From Eledone cirrhosa (taxonomy: Eukaryota), in NCBI GenBank assembly GCA_964016885.1, contig OZ024745.1, positions 61,256,001-61,320,000 on the forward strand: a stretch of DNA of 64,000 bases, read 5' to 3'. The first letter of the stretch is position 1; each line of letters starts with the position of its first letter. Positions 27,070 through 40,277 of this stretch are shown in pieces. A program made the position numbers and the translations under genes. A model generated the notes under the pieces. That model did no database searches. It was not told where the DNA came from and saw only the letters and a program-made list of their open reading frames with translations.

Positions 27070-27452
27070 CATTTTGACTATTAAGCTTGTTCGAAAGTGT
27101 TCTTACTGTTGTAGCTATAAGTGGTGTAGTCAGTGCATATTACTAATGATTATCAAATACAAACTTTACTACTACTACTTCTATCACCACCACTACTATT
27201 ACTACCACTATAACTACTACCACTCTCTCTCTCTCTGTATATATATATATATAGAATTGTTTAATATAAGGAACTGTTTCTTTGTTTTTATTAATTATTT
27301 TTATTAATTTATATATATATATATATATATAATAGTAGTGATAGTAATAGTAGTAAAGTTTGTATTTGATAATCATTAGTAATATGTACTGACTACACCA
27401 CTTATAGCTACAACAGTAAGAACACTTTCGAACAAGCTTTATAGCCAAAACG
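27070..27452. repeat. Inverted repeat pair (arms about 110 bp) around a microsatellite spacer
   Basis: AAGCTTGTTCGAAAGTGTTCTTACTG... is mirrored at 27335-27452; the ORF track shows the same peptide on both strands. Confidence 0.85.
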
Positions 27453-27850
27453 ATTGGCAAGACAAAAAGAGAGACAGAAACATATATATATATATATATA
27501 TATATATCTGTTTCTGTCTCTCTTTTTGTCTGTATGTCCCAATCACTATCTTTCTCACTTTGTCTCATATATGGTCATTTAAACTAGCATTGATGGCGCT
27601 CTATAAAATGTTAAAAGAAAGACAAAGTGGCAACTGAGGAAAATTTAGATGGATATGTAGATAAAACGTGGCGTGCACTAGTCTGCTATACGCGTCTGTC
27701 TTTCCTATAGTGTAAAATGTTAATAATAACACACACATGGCACAACAAAGGGAAAGAATCAATACGTATAAAAAACCGAATTGTCTCCCTTGAAAATATA
27801 GTTTTTCTTAGATTTTTCAAACATGTTTATATGCCTGTATATATATATAT

Positions 27851-28276
27851 ATAATATAAGATCAAAAGATGGTTAAAAGAGTTCCAAGTATTTTATTATG
27901 CGCATTTCAAAAACAAATATCATCATGAGATGACATCTGCGTTTTCATCAGATAAAATAGGGATACCTGATATGAAGGTTAAAAAACACTTGTGAATAGT
28001 GAAGTTTTAAATCAACATATGATATGTTGATTTAAAACTTCACTATTCACAAGTGTTTTTTAACCTTCATATCAGGTATCCCTATTTTATCTGATGAAAA
28101 CGCAGATGTCATCTCATGATGATATTTGTTTTTGAAATGCGCATAATAAAATACTTGGAACTCTTTTAACTATCTTTTGATCTTATATTATTTATACTCC
28201 AGTCCTACAAACTGTTGAGTGCTACTTATCCGATATTTGCATTGCTTTATTGTGCTACAATAAAACTCACCTCCTA
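27851..28276 (+). mobile_element. PLE 3'-end relic: 340-bp palindrome (27851-28191) plus an ~85-nt tail, in (TA)n
   Basis: Near-identical to the terminal repeat of the PLE at 46852-51777; centre at 28021. Confidence 0.88.
28083..28153 (+). ncRNA. Type-I hammerhead ribozyme motif, family H1 (mirror copy 27889-27959 on the minus strand)
   Basis: Stem I TATTTTAT/ATAAAATA; CTGATGA; stem II AAACGCAGATGTCATC-TCAT-GATGATATTTGTTTTT; GAAA-TGCGCA-TA (palindromic stem III, AUA site). Confidence 0.8.
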
Positions 28277-28514
28277 CATATATATATATGTGTGTGTGTA
28301 TATATATGTGTGTGTGTATATGTGTGTGTGTATATATATGTGTGTATATATATATGTGTGTATATATGTGTATAAATATATACATATATATATATATATA
28401 TATATGTGTACATATATATATATGTGTGTGTGTATATATATATGTGTGTATATATATATATGTGTGTATATATATATATGTGTGTATATATATATATATG
28501 TGTGTATATATATA

Positions 28515-28545
<31 letters not shown>

Positions 28546-28672
28546 GTACATATATATCATCATCATCATCATCACCGTTTTACGTCCGTTCTTCCACGCT
28601 AGCATGGGTTAGACGGGTTGTCCTGTTGTGGGCAGTGTGTGGTCGGCTGACCATGCCTTGCTCGTATATATG

Positions 28673-29394
<722 letters not shown>

Positions 29395-29414
29395 TATATA
29401 TATATATATATATA

Positions 29415-29452
<38 letters not shown>

Positions 29453-29643
29453 TATATATATATATATATATTCATATATATATAGTTATGTAATAAACAA
29501 CATAAGGCAATTATTCCATATACCAGTGGTTTCTTAAAAGCAAAAAATTTTGCTTTCAATCATCAGAATGAAAAAATCCTGGTCTCTCTCTCTATATATA
29601 TACATATATATACACACATAAATATATATATATATATACAATA

Positions 29644-29677
<34 letters not shown>

Positions 29678-29691
29678 CATATATATATATT

Positions 29692-29730
<39 letters not shown>

Positions 29731-29849
29731 GTATATATGTATATATATGTATATATATGTATATATATGTATATATATGTATATATGTGTATATATGTGT
29801 ATATATATGTATATATGTATATATATGTATATATGTATATATATATGTA

Positions 29850-29889
<40 letters not shown>

Positions 29890-29890
<1 letters not shown>

Positions 29891-30485
29891 AACCAAGTCA
29901 TACAGAATGGTTTACATCATTAGCTGCACCAAGGGTAAAGGAGATGCCCTAGATAGGGGTAACTATAGAGGCATTAAATTAATCGACCAGGTCATGAAGG
30001 TCACAGAAAAAGTAATAGCGCAACTAATCTAGATGAAATGCAGTTTGGGTTTGTGTCAGGTAAAAGTACCACAGACGCTCTTTTCATTGTACTACAACTA
30101 CAGGAGAAGTACCTAGCTAAAAGTAAACCCCTATACTTAGCTTTTGTTGACTTGGAGAAAGCCTTTGACAGACTCCTCCGCTCCATTATCTGGTGGGCTC
30201 TTAGAAAACTAGGTGTTGATGAATGGCTTGTGAAAGCTATACAAGCCATGTATAAAGAAACAGTCAGCAAGGTTAGAATTAACAACGAATATAGTGAAGA
30301 GTTTAGCGTAAAGGTTGGTGTTCATCAGGGCTCCGTCCTTATCCCCCTCCTATTTATTATTGCCCTTCAGGCTATAACAGAGGAGTTCAAGACCGGCTGC
30401 CCATGGGAACTCCTATACGCAGATGATCTGACGCTCATAGCTGAATCAATGGCCGAACTAGAGAAGAAATTCCAATCTGGCAGGA
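29890..30485 (+). mobile_element. RTE LINE reverse-transcriptase fragment
   Basis: ORF 30038-30511: QFGF, LAFVDLEKAFD, GVHQGSVL, LLYADDL. Confidence 0.92.
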
Positions 30486-30492
30486 AGGTATA

Positions 30493-30533
30493 CGTTGCTG
30501 ACGATAGCTAATAATCTTGAAACTAGTACAGCG
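30493..30533 (+). ncRNA. Minimal type-I HHR motif, family H3
   Basis: CGTTG-CTGACGA-TAGCTAATAATCTT-GAAA-CTAG-TA-CAGCG: stem I CGTTG/CAGCG, palindromic ACTAGT, GUA site; weak stem II. Confidence 0.6.
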
Positions 30534-30854
30534 TTCCTTTGTCAGTGTTGAACAAACGAGCAACGATGGTTGCTAGACACTACGGCTTAATACGGGATGT
30601 TTGTTTACAAACACACCGAGCATTATAATAAATGTTCGGTGAATCCATACGTACATATATATATATGTGCATGTATGTATATATATATACATACTACTGT
30701 GCGTCTGTATACATATATGTATGTACGTGTACATACTTATATTTAAGTAACAGCCGTACTAAGAGTGGGAAATGAAATTTCGTCTCAATTTTTTCCGTTT
30801 ATATATATATATATATATATAAACGGATAAAAAAACAATATATATATTTTTTCC

Positions 30855-30906
<52 letters not shown>

Positions 30907-30911
30907 CTCGT

Positions 30912-30991
30912 TAGACCGTTAAAACGTGTTTATTTAAAACAGCACCTACGTACGTAGGTGCTGTTTTAAATAAACATGTTTTAACGGTCTA
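30912..30991. repeat. 80-bp near-perfect palindrome between (TA)n tracts
   Basis: TAGACCGTTAAAAC...CCTACGTACGTAGG...GTTTTAACGGTCTA, one mismatch. Confidence 0.9.
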
Positions 30992-31021
30992 TTCTCCGAT
31001 TTCTTACTTTCCCACGTATAT

Positions 31022-31988
31022 AAATAAATATATATATATATATCGTTTCTGAATTTGTTTAGCAAGATTCTTTATCTGAAATCGTGTGTTGAAACCGATA
31101 TTGTTATACTTTGGGAGGGTCATGTTGCCAATAAGAAACACACGCACCAGTTGCTTTCACTTCAATTTATTATATATTTATAAATTTATAAATTTACAAA
31201 TTTACAAACTTATAAATTTCTGGTTGGTTGGTTGGTTCCACAACCAGATAGTTGTTTATATATAGTCATAGTCCTTTCGTCACACACTCTGTGACCTCTT
31301 CAGTGACTGGGGATTCCTTTCTTTGTTTCTGTGCCTTTCCTTTCTTCTATCCTACGCCATTTTGTTTCTGTGTGTGTGTTGTGTGCTTAGTTTGCGCATG
31401 CGCCACATCCGGGTGTCTGTGTGTGTTTGTGTTCATTTATCTATTTGTTTATTTATTTATTTATTTATTGTTGGTTGGTTGTTTGTTCTATGTGTGTGTG
31501 TGTTTTCATTTTGTCCTGTGTGTGTTTTCATTTTGTCCTTAATTGTAAGTTGTTTGTTCTATGTGTGTGTGTGTTTTCATTTTGTCCTTAATTGTAAGTT
31601 GTGATGTTGCTGTTCCACTCATATTTTCTATTTAATTTTGGTTTTAATTCTTTTATGCTTACTGCCTCTGTAATTTGCCTAAACATTGCGTCTTTTCTGT
31701 GTTTACATCATTACACACACACACAGAAACAAAATGGCGTAGGATAGAAGAAAGGAAAGGCACAGAAACAAAGAAAGGAATCCCCAGTCACTGAAGAGGT
31801 CACAGAGTGTGTGACGAAAGGACTATGACTATATATAAACAACTATCTGGTTGTGGAACCAACCAACCAACCAGAAATTTATAAGTTTGTAAATTTGTAA
31901 ATTTATAAATTTATAAATATATAATAAATTGAAGTGAAAGCAACTGGTGCGTGTGTTTCTTATTGGCAACATGACCCTCCCAAAGTAT

Positions 31989-31995
<7 letters not shown>
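31022..31995. mobile_element. PLE-like 3'-end relic: minus-strand copy with tail, plus an inverted partial copy (31712-31995)
   Basis: Arms of about 280 bp (31098-31375 and 31712-31995), (TA)n on both sides, HHR in each arm; family copy at 36290-36855. Confidence 0.78.
31786..31830 (+). ncRNA. Type-I HHR motif, family H4 (also 31264-31308 minus and 36602-36645 plus)
   Basis: AGTCA-CTGAAGA-G-GTCACA-GAGTG-TGTGAC-GAAA-GGAC-TA-TGACT: perfect stems I and II, minimal stem III, CUA site (CUC in the 36.6-kb copy). Confidence 0.78.
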
Positions 31996-32079
<84 letters not shown>

Positions 32080-32080
32080 A

Positions 32081-32221
<141 letters not shown>

Positions 32222-32237
32222 AATAAATATATATATA

Positions 32238-32283
<46 letters not shown>

Positions 32284-32323
32284 TATATATAAATATATAT
32301 ATATATAAATAAATATATATATA

Positions 32324-32371
<48 letters not shown>

Positions 32372-32399
32372 TATATATATATAAATAAATATATATATA

Positions 32400-32475
<76 letters not shown>

Positions 32476-32510
32476 TATATATATAAATATATATATATAT
32501 AAATATATAA

Positions 32511-32643
<133 letters not shown>

Positions 32644-32817
32644 TGTATATATTTATATATAAAAGAAAACTTTTTTTGCTGTACATCGCGGAATACAAGA
32701 AATGTAATCTGAGTTCTTCGAATATTAATAACATTCGATTCGTTTGCAATCGTGCAAACAAGCTTCAATTTTATAGCCATGTCAGTAGAATGAACCCTTC
32801 ATTCTAGCTCTTGTGAA

Positions 32818-32865
32818 AACAGTACTGATGAAGGGTGATACCCAGAAACATTAGTGTCGGCTGTT
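32818..32865 (+). ncRNA. Type-I HHR motif, family H5, in the loop of an inverted repeat (32680-32815 / 32881-33020)
   Basis: AACAGTA-CTGATGA-AGGGT-GAT-ACCCA-GAAA-CATTAGTG-TC-GGCTGTT; GUC site; first pair of stem I mismatched. Confidence 0.7.
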
Positions 32866-33022
32866 CTGTTCGCATGCCAACACAAGAGCAAGAATGAAGG
32901 GTTCATTCTACTGACATGGGTATACAATTGAGGCTTGTTTGCATAATTGCAAACGAATCGAATGTTATTATTAATATTCAAAAAACTCAGATTACATTTA
33001 TTGTATTCAGCCATGTAGACCG

Positions 33023-33081
<59 letters not shown>

Positions 33082-33084
33082 CTA

Positions 33085-33995
33085 GGGCGGGTAAAATTCC
33101 CGAGCTCCATGGACGAGTTCTCTCCAGCGGTCTCTGTCCTCATCATCGCTCCCATGTCCTGCGTCTCCAAGAGACAAGTGTCTGTCCTTCAGGCATCAAC
33201 ATATGTCAACCTCGGTCTCCCACTTCCATGCATGGGCTCCCACAGGAGCACTGAGTGCAGTGTCAACTCTGGATGTAGGTGAGCATGTCCAACTAAGCTC
33301 TATATCTTCTGTGCTACCCTCGAGCTGACTTTTGGGAGGTTCCCGTACAGCTCTGAGTTCTTCATCCTCAGTGTATACTGATTAATGTTCAGAGCCATCC
33401 TCAGCATTCTCGTGTTAGCACCCATCCACCATCTGAGTGAGTTTCTTGGTCAGTGTCCAAGTCTCAGACCCGTACAGCAGCACAGACTCCACTACAGCAA
33501 TGAAGAGACAGATTTCAGGTCTTTACGAAGGTCCGACTTCCACACCGATCTCAAGCTGTGGCACGCCACCCAGGCTTTGCTCTCTTCCTCTCGACCACAC
33601 CATCTTCTGTATTCCCAATCTTCGCTCCCAGATGCAGGAAGTCCTCAACCAATTCTAGCGGCTTCCCGCCAACATTAGTAATCTTCTCTGGCTTCTTAAT
33701 ATTCTCTACCAGATACTTCGTCTTAATCTCATTCATTCTCAGCCCCACACTCATAGAGACAGTCTCCACCTCCTGCATCAAGTCCTCTGCCCTCTTCACT
33801 GTATTTATCACCAAAACTATGTCGTCAGCAAATTCAGCATCCGATATCTTTTTCGCCTTAACTCTCCTGTTCTGAGCCAGTGTTACAGTAAAGCCATAGT
33901 CCTGGTGTTTCTCCAGCGCGAGGCGCATACGATAGTCCACTACGATGATAAAAAGGTAGGGAGCTAATGTATCTGCCTGAAGCACTCCAGCCAGT
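33085..33995 (-). mobile_element. LINE (RTE-group) RT 3' fragment
   Basis: GVLQADTLAPYLFIIVVDY ... EFADDIVL ... VGLRMNEIKTK ... FLHLGA. Confidence 0.88.
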
Positions 33996-34059
33996 ATCTC
34001 TCTCTCTATATATACATATATATATGTATGTATATATATGTATATATACATATGTATAA

Positions 34060-35955
34060 ATTCACTAATACTAACTCTCTTAGTAAACATCAAGATACAT
34101 TGTATAAAAAAAAAAACAGCATCGAAACCGTAATAGACGAGTTACTTGGTATAATGCTCCATTTAATCTACAAATTAAAGATAATATCCCTAAAAATTTT
34201 TTTTACTATCCTAGAGAAAAACTTCCCGCCAAACCATAAATACCATCAAATTTTAAATAGATCAACGGTCAAATTCTCCTACTCCACTACCAAAAATATA
34301 CAACAAAATATAAGTGCCTACAATGCATATAAATGTAAAAAACCCCCATGAATATACCACCAACACATCAAACTAACCATAATACTAAAATAAACCGCAG
34401 CAAACCACCATCTCCTTCACATACAACAAGTTGAGTAAATTCCACACCTAATTTGACTAACTCCACTGATATAATATTCACGAATGGTTGTAACTGTAGA
34501 AACAAAGCAAATTGCCCATTAAAAGGAAATTGCCTTATTAATAACATAGTATATAAATGTAAAATTAGCACTAAGGACTCAACTTATTCATATATAGGAG
34601 CTACTTCTAACCAATTTAAAATAAGATTTAATACCCACAAACACAATTTTAAAAATGCCGCATTAGCTAATACAACATCCTTGGCTGAAATAATTAATAA
34701 TTATAGAAAAAAGAATATCGATTATAACCTGACCTAGAGTGTGCTCAAAAGGGCCACCCCTTATCAAAATAACAGATATGAGTGTAGATTATGTTCCCAG
34801 GAACTTTTTGAAATAATGAAATCTAAGGATATCCTATTAAATAAGTGACAAGAATTAATTATATCGTGCAATCATAGAATTAGAAGAACTTTCAAATATT
34901 ATAAACCTAATTAATATACACTTATATTTTACAAATTATTATAATTATTTTTTTAAAATTTAGTTAACCTATAATTAGTATTTTACTACTGAGAACTTCA
35001 TAATTTTATTTCCCTTTTACAGCTATCTTTTCCTAAAATTAATACCTATAAGTATACATATAAACTATTTTAATTTCCTGTTATGAATCTAAATTCCTTG
35101 TAGTTTATATAAGTTTGTTATTTCTCACTAATACATTTATCCCCCCAAATTTTTTTCCTTTGTTTTTAACTACATTCTTTAATAACATCTAACTCTTATT
35201 TATCACATCTATATGAATTAATATAAATTTATCCCTATGAGTATACCTATCAATTAAATTAATTTAATTTCTTTTTATAGATCTAAATTCCTTATGTTTT
35301 AAATAAGATTGGTATTTCTCACTAACACATTTATCCTAAAATTTTATTCTCCTTCGATTTTAACATTAGCATTATTCTTTAATAACATCAAATTTTCGTG
35401 TACCATTCACCGGCTTGACCTCTTTTCATCCCCAAAGTGATCTTTTCATTCAAAGTATTCTTTCCATTCAAAACTGAAGTCTGCATTCCTCTACCCCTAA
35501 ATTAAATTTCTACTACTACTATTCTATCAACTTGACCACTTACTACTTTTCTATTGGTCAATTCAAAACCTGTTCCCAAACAGACCTATTATATTAAATC
35601 TTTGTTGTTTTTTTCCATAAACAAATATCATTATTTCTGAAGACAGCATATATATGTGTAGGTATGTATATTCCCTCTGATAGTTTGTAAAATTTTTACA
35701 TAGATCTATATGATATACATACCAACACACACATATATCTCCTAGAAACGATCGTAAAATGATGAATTTTTTAATATAAGGAACTGTTTCTTTGGTTTTA
35801 TTCATTGTTTTTATTAATTTATCTTGACTCTGTTTTCCTGTGATTTTCATGGAAAAATTTTTTGAATACATCTTCTCTTTTCATGATATTTGGATTACAT
35901 TGAGTTCTTCATACGGATTGGACACTACCGTATATTTTGGTAGATTTATCTACAT
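34060..35955 (+). mobile_element. 5'-truncated PLE (Hydra-clade-like): RT thumb and GIY-YIG remnants, AT-rich 3'UTR, HHR and tail
   Basis: Broken frames VTWYNAPF, NFPPNHKYHQILNRSTVKFSYS, GCNCRNKANCPLKGNCL, IVYKC...YIGAT, CRLCSQE; paralogous to the 48.5-50.4-kb ORF; flanked by (TA)n. Confidence 0.88.
35628..35765 (+). ncRNA. Type-I HHR motif, family H2, with a 101-nt stem II region
   Basis: TCATTATTT-CTGAAGA-(101 nt containing GGTATGTATAT/ATATACATACC)-GAAA-CGATCG-TA-AAATGATGA; GUA site. Confidence 0.72.
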
Positions 35956-36210
35956 ATATGTATATATATGTATGTATGTATATATGTATATATATATATA
36001 TATATGTATGTATATAAATATATATATGTATGTACATATATGTATGTATATAAATATATACATATGTATATATATATATGTATATATGTATGCGTATATA
36101 TATATATGAATATATATACGTATGTATATATGTATATATATATATATGTATATATATGTATGTATACATATATATGTATATATGTATATATATATATGTA
36201 TATATATATA

Positions 36211-36279
<69 letters not shown>

Positions 36280-36289
36280 ATAGAATCTA

Positions 36290-36855
36290 CACACAGAAAA
36301 GACGCAATGTTTAGACAAATCACAGAGGCAATAAACATAAATTAACTCCAACCAAAATTAAATAGAAAACATGAATGGAATAGCAACATCACAACTTACA
36401 ATTAAGGACAAAATGAAAATTCACCCACATAGAACAACCAACCAACCAGTAACATGTAAATAAACAAATAAATAAACAAATATAAACACACACAGACACC
36501 CGGATGTAACACATGCGGAAACTAAGCACGCAACACACACAAAAACAAGATGGCGTAGAACAGAACAAAGGAGAGGCACAAAAAGAAAGAAATGAATCCC
36601 CAGTCACTGAAGAGGTCAGAGAATGTGTGACGAAAGAACTCTGACAATATATGATCAACCGTCCGGTTATGGAACCAACCAACCGGAAATTTATAAATTC
36701 TTAAATTTATAAATTTAATTCATAATAAATTGGAGTTAAAGCAACTGGTGCGTGTGATTCTTATTGGCAACATGACCCTCCCAAAGCATAACAATATCAG
36801 TTTCAACACACGTTTTCAGATAAAGAATCTTGCTAAACAAATTCAGAAACGAAAT
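36290..36855 (+). mobile_element. PLE-like 3'-end copy (H4 family) between (TA)n tracts
   Basis: Reverse-complement homolog of 31022-31690; HHR at 36602-36645. Confidence 0.75.
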
Positions 36856-37090
36856 ATATATATATATATTTTTTATTTATCCCCAGCATCCTCTTTTGTT
36901 TTAACATTCAAGTTATGGTTATGTTTTCTTAACTTCATACAGCATACTGTTGTTTGAGGGAATATTAATCAAAAGTACCACATGAAAGTCTACACTGTAG
37001 ACTCTACAGTTTTTAAGTCAAGGAAGGAACTTAACATTGTAACTTTAACACAGCTACTGAGCAGCCCCGAGCAACGCCGGGCTTTACTGC

Positions 37091-37194
<104 letters not shown>

Positions 37195-37213
37195 GTATAT
37201 ATATATATATACG

Positions 37214-37251
<38 letters not shown>

Positions 37252-37316
37252 CATGCATACATATTCATACATATATATATATGTATGTATATGTATGCAT
37301 GTATATATATGTCTAT

Positions 37317-37350
<34 letters not shown>

Positions 37351-37399
37351 GTATATATATATATGCATGTATATATATATATAAATATATATATATGTG

Positions 37400-37440
<41 letters not shown>

Positions 37441-37464
37441 ATATATGTATTTATGTATATATAA

Positions 37465-37592
<128 letters not shown>

Positions 37593-37599
37593 TATATAT

Positions 37600-38117
37600 A
37601 GAGTTATAAACTCAAACAATCTTTTACAATTAAATAGCTCAAAGAAAGCAGGTATTTCTGAGCCGTGAAATACAAATTAATATAAATTAATATATGATAA
37701 ACACTAATACAATTATATAAGTGTTTGTATTGCAAATGACCAAGTTAGCTAGATTGAAAAATACTAATTAAATTAATACAGTTTGCCTGTCTCGATTTAA
37801 AATAATATATCAATAAAAACAAATCCATATTGGCAATAGCCGTGATACCTGGACAAATTTAAATTTTAAAACCCAAATTTGGGTTTTGAAATTTAAATTT
37901 GTCTGCGGAACAGGTTTGGGTTTTGAAATTTAAATTTGTCCAGTTATCACGGCTATTGCCAATATGGATTTGTTTTTATTGATATATTATTTTAAATCGA
38001 GACAGGCAAACTGTATTAATTTAATTAGTATTTTTCAATCTAGCTAACTTGGTCATTTGCAATACAAACACTTATATAATTGTATTAGTGTTTATCATAT
38101 ATTAATTTATATTAATT

Positions 38118-38120
<3 letters not shown>
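37600..38120. mobile_element. PLE-like relic: palindrome (37671-38120) plus an ~70-nt tail, in (TA)n
   Basis: Arms homologous to 43270-43475; the centre lies at the stem-III equivalent (AAATTTAAATTTGTC) of the H8 ribozyme. Confidence 0.72.
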
Positions 38121-38157
<37 letters not shown>

Positions 38158-38162
<5 letters not shown>

Positions 38163-38684
38163 TCAGGTTATCAATAATGTAGTGATAATATATCGTTACG
38201 TTAGAGATGAACAGCGTACGTGTAGGTTTGCTCAACGAGTATAAATTATATTCCGGAGAAAATGTAGAAAAGATGAATATAAAATGAAAGTGCTTTTTTT
38301 AAAAAGGAATTTATTAGGTATTGACATATGTTTCTGTAACAGACGGAATACCTATGTATCGCTGCTTGCGTAATCATATAATGTTAGCAAGTATTCGATA
38401 GCAAATGTATAATCAGTTGTCACTTCTTCAGAGATTTTGGATAAATTGGATAAAATCAGAAAAATTGAAGTATTTATATTAGTAATAGAGGAAGAAGAGA
38501 GGGGATAGTATATGACAGATGGTAATTCAATTTACTGTTAAACAAGTATATAAAGGGTTTCTAATGAGAATTACATTATATGATTACGCAAGCAGCGATA
38601 CATAGGTATTCCGTCTGTTACAGAAACATATGTCAATACCTAATAAATTCCTTTTTAAAAAAAGCACTTTCATTTTATATTCAT

Positions 38685-38690
<6 letters not shown>
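38158..38690. mobile_element. PLE-like relic with inverted arms (38269-38384 / 38573-38689) and a long-stem-II HHR (H6) at 38317-38433 on the minus strand
   Basis: Minus strand reads CTGAAGA-A-GTGACA...(90 nt, internal CTTGC/GCAAG and TATCG/CGATA)...TGTTAC-A-GAAA-CATATG-TC; the 5' strand of stem I is lost. Confidence 0.65.
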
Positions 38691-38746
<56 letters not shown>

Positions 38747-38769
38747 CATCCATACATACATATATATAT

Positions 38770-38853
38770 CTATATCTAGGGTTCTTATATATTTGATATA
38801 TATTTATCCTTATCGAGTCCTCTTTGGAATTTAGTCTTCAAATTTATTATTAT

Positions 38854-38905
<52 letters not shown>

Positions 38906-38990
38906 ATAATAATAATTTGAAGACTAAAATCCAAAGAGGGCTCGATAAGGATAAATATATATCAAATATATAAGAACAGTAGAGCAAATA
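38770..38990. repeat. Inverted pair of short element tails around (TA)n; same family as 61161-61250
   Basis: TTTGAAGACTAAAATCCAAAGAGGGCTCGATAAGG present on both strands. Confidence 0.8.
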
Positions 38991-39278
38991 TATATATATA
39001 TATATATCCTAAACGGACGGTAGTCCGTTTAGTAATATTGTTGTGGTCGTGTTTTCGTTGGCAATCGTCTGTTTACGACAGTACAGCGCGGCTCTACTTT
39101 ATTTAACTGAGATAAAACTTATATGAGCATGAACAATAGATCATTACGCATCTTTTGGCTTAAAAATCTAGAAATTTGGTCCAGCGGGAAAAAGTTTATA
39201 ATCAAAGTTTGTTGATAAATCTTGTGTTCGAGTGAGTCAGTAGTAAGCGTTACGCTAGGGGAGGTAATCCAGAAATGA

Positions 39279-39464
39279 CGACGTTTGGAAAAGTTTAATT
39301 ACTCCATGAAAGAAATGATTCAAAAATTGAACTTGCCCAATCTTCACAACATTGAAAATTGGTCAAAACTTGACAAATCTGACTTCAAACCAGATATGAT
39401 TCATTTGAACAATGTTGGAAATCTTAAATTGACACAAATTTTTGCCAATGTTTTTGCCACCTGA
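39279..39464 (+). pseudogene. C-terminal fragment of an SGNH/GDSL-type hydrolase
   Basis: KFNYSMKEMIQKLNLPNLHNIENWSKLDKSDFKPDMIHLNNVGNLKLTQIF resembles block V DxxHLNxxG; below the ORF-track length cutoff. Confidence 0.5.
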
Positions 39465-39644
39465 TCCTTGTTCTATGGCTGACTGACTAATTTTGTGACT
39501 TAATAAAATGTCATCATACTAGTAATGCACAATGGTCATTTTTAAATTAAAATTTTATTAAATAGTTGTTGCTTGCATTGCCTTAAAATAGTAACAAGAA
39601 TGTACACATACTTTTTAAAAATACATCATTATCAGTCAAATCAG

Positions 39645-40004
39645 TCACATGTCACTAAAAGCCAGGTGGTCGATAACAACTTCTATAAGATTAGTTACAT
39701 GCTCACACATTGGATCACCTCTCATCAATGGTATTGGGTGTCTGAGATAATCGTGGAGATAACTGATGAAGTCACAAATGAAGTGATGGTCTTCCAGTGT
39801 GAACAACTCCCTATATCCATTGATATATGTGATGGCTTCCGATTCATAGGTGCATTTTATGAGGAATTCCATGCATCCGATTTTCAGTGATTCAATGGGC
39901 ATTTTATCAGAGGTGATAAGGTAGTTGACCACGCTTTGCTTTGTAAGTAAATTGGAGAGAATCACTGCAGTCAAAGTCATTTCTTTGCATGGGTTTTTGT
40001 CCAT
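39645..40004 (-). CDS. Orphan 119-aa ORF, unknown product
   Basis: ATG-initiated, complex protein-like composition, AATAAA about 90 nt past the stop; no family recognised. Confidence 0.4.
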   Translation of the reverse strand: MDKNPCKEMTLTAVILSNLLTKQSVVNYLITSDKMPIESLKIGCMEFLIKCTYESEAITYINGYRELFTLEDHHFICDFISYLHDYLRHPIPLMRGDPMCEHVTNLIEVVIDHLAFSDM

Positions 40005-40277
40005 TCTAAAAAGTTAAAATGATAAAGTATTACTACTATATAACTTACATCTATTGTTGTAACACCATTGAAATGCACAAGTATCACTAATTCACTATTA
40101 TGCACTAATTATCTCAAATGCATTCATGATTTACTAGCTTTGTCATTAAGCCAGTTGCCTCAACTAGATTGCAATTATACTCAAAAGAACTTTAAAATGT
40201 CAATCACTTGTCAGTAATTCACTATGATCATTTAATTATTAGATAGTTGTTGCTAGCATTGCCTTAAAAAATAGTAG

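Noticed and set aside
27040-27110. Possible HHR in the 27-kb inverted repeat
   Set aside because: GAAA is present, but no convincing CUGANGA with a matching stem I
31065-31100. HHR-like CTGAAAT...GAAAC
   Set aside because: Core does not fit CUGANGA; the family's real motif is at 31264-31308
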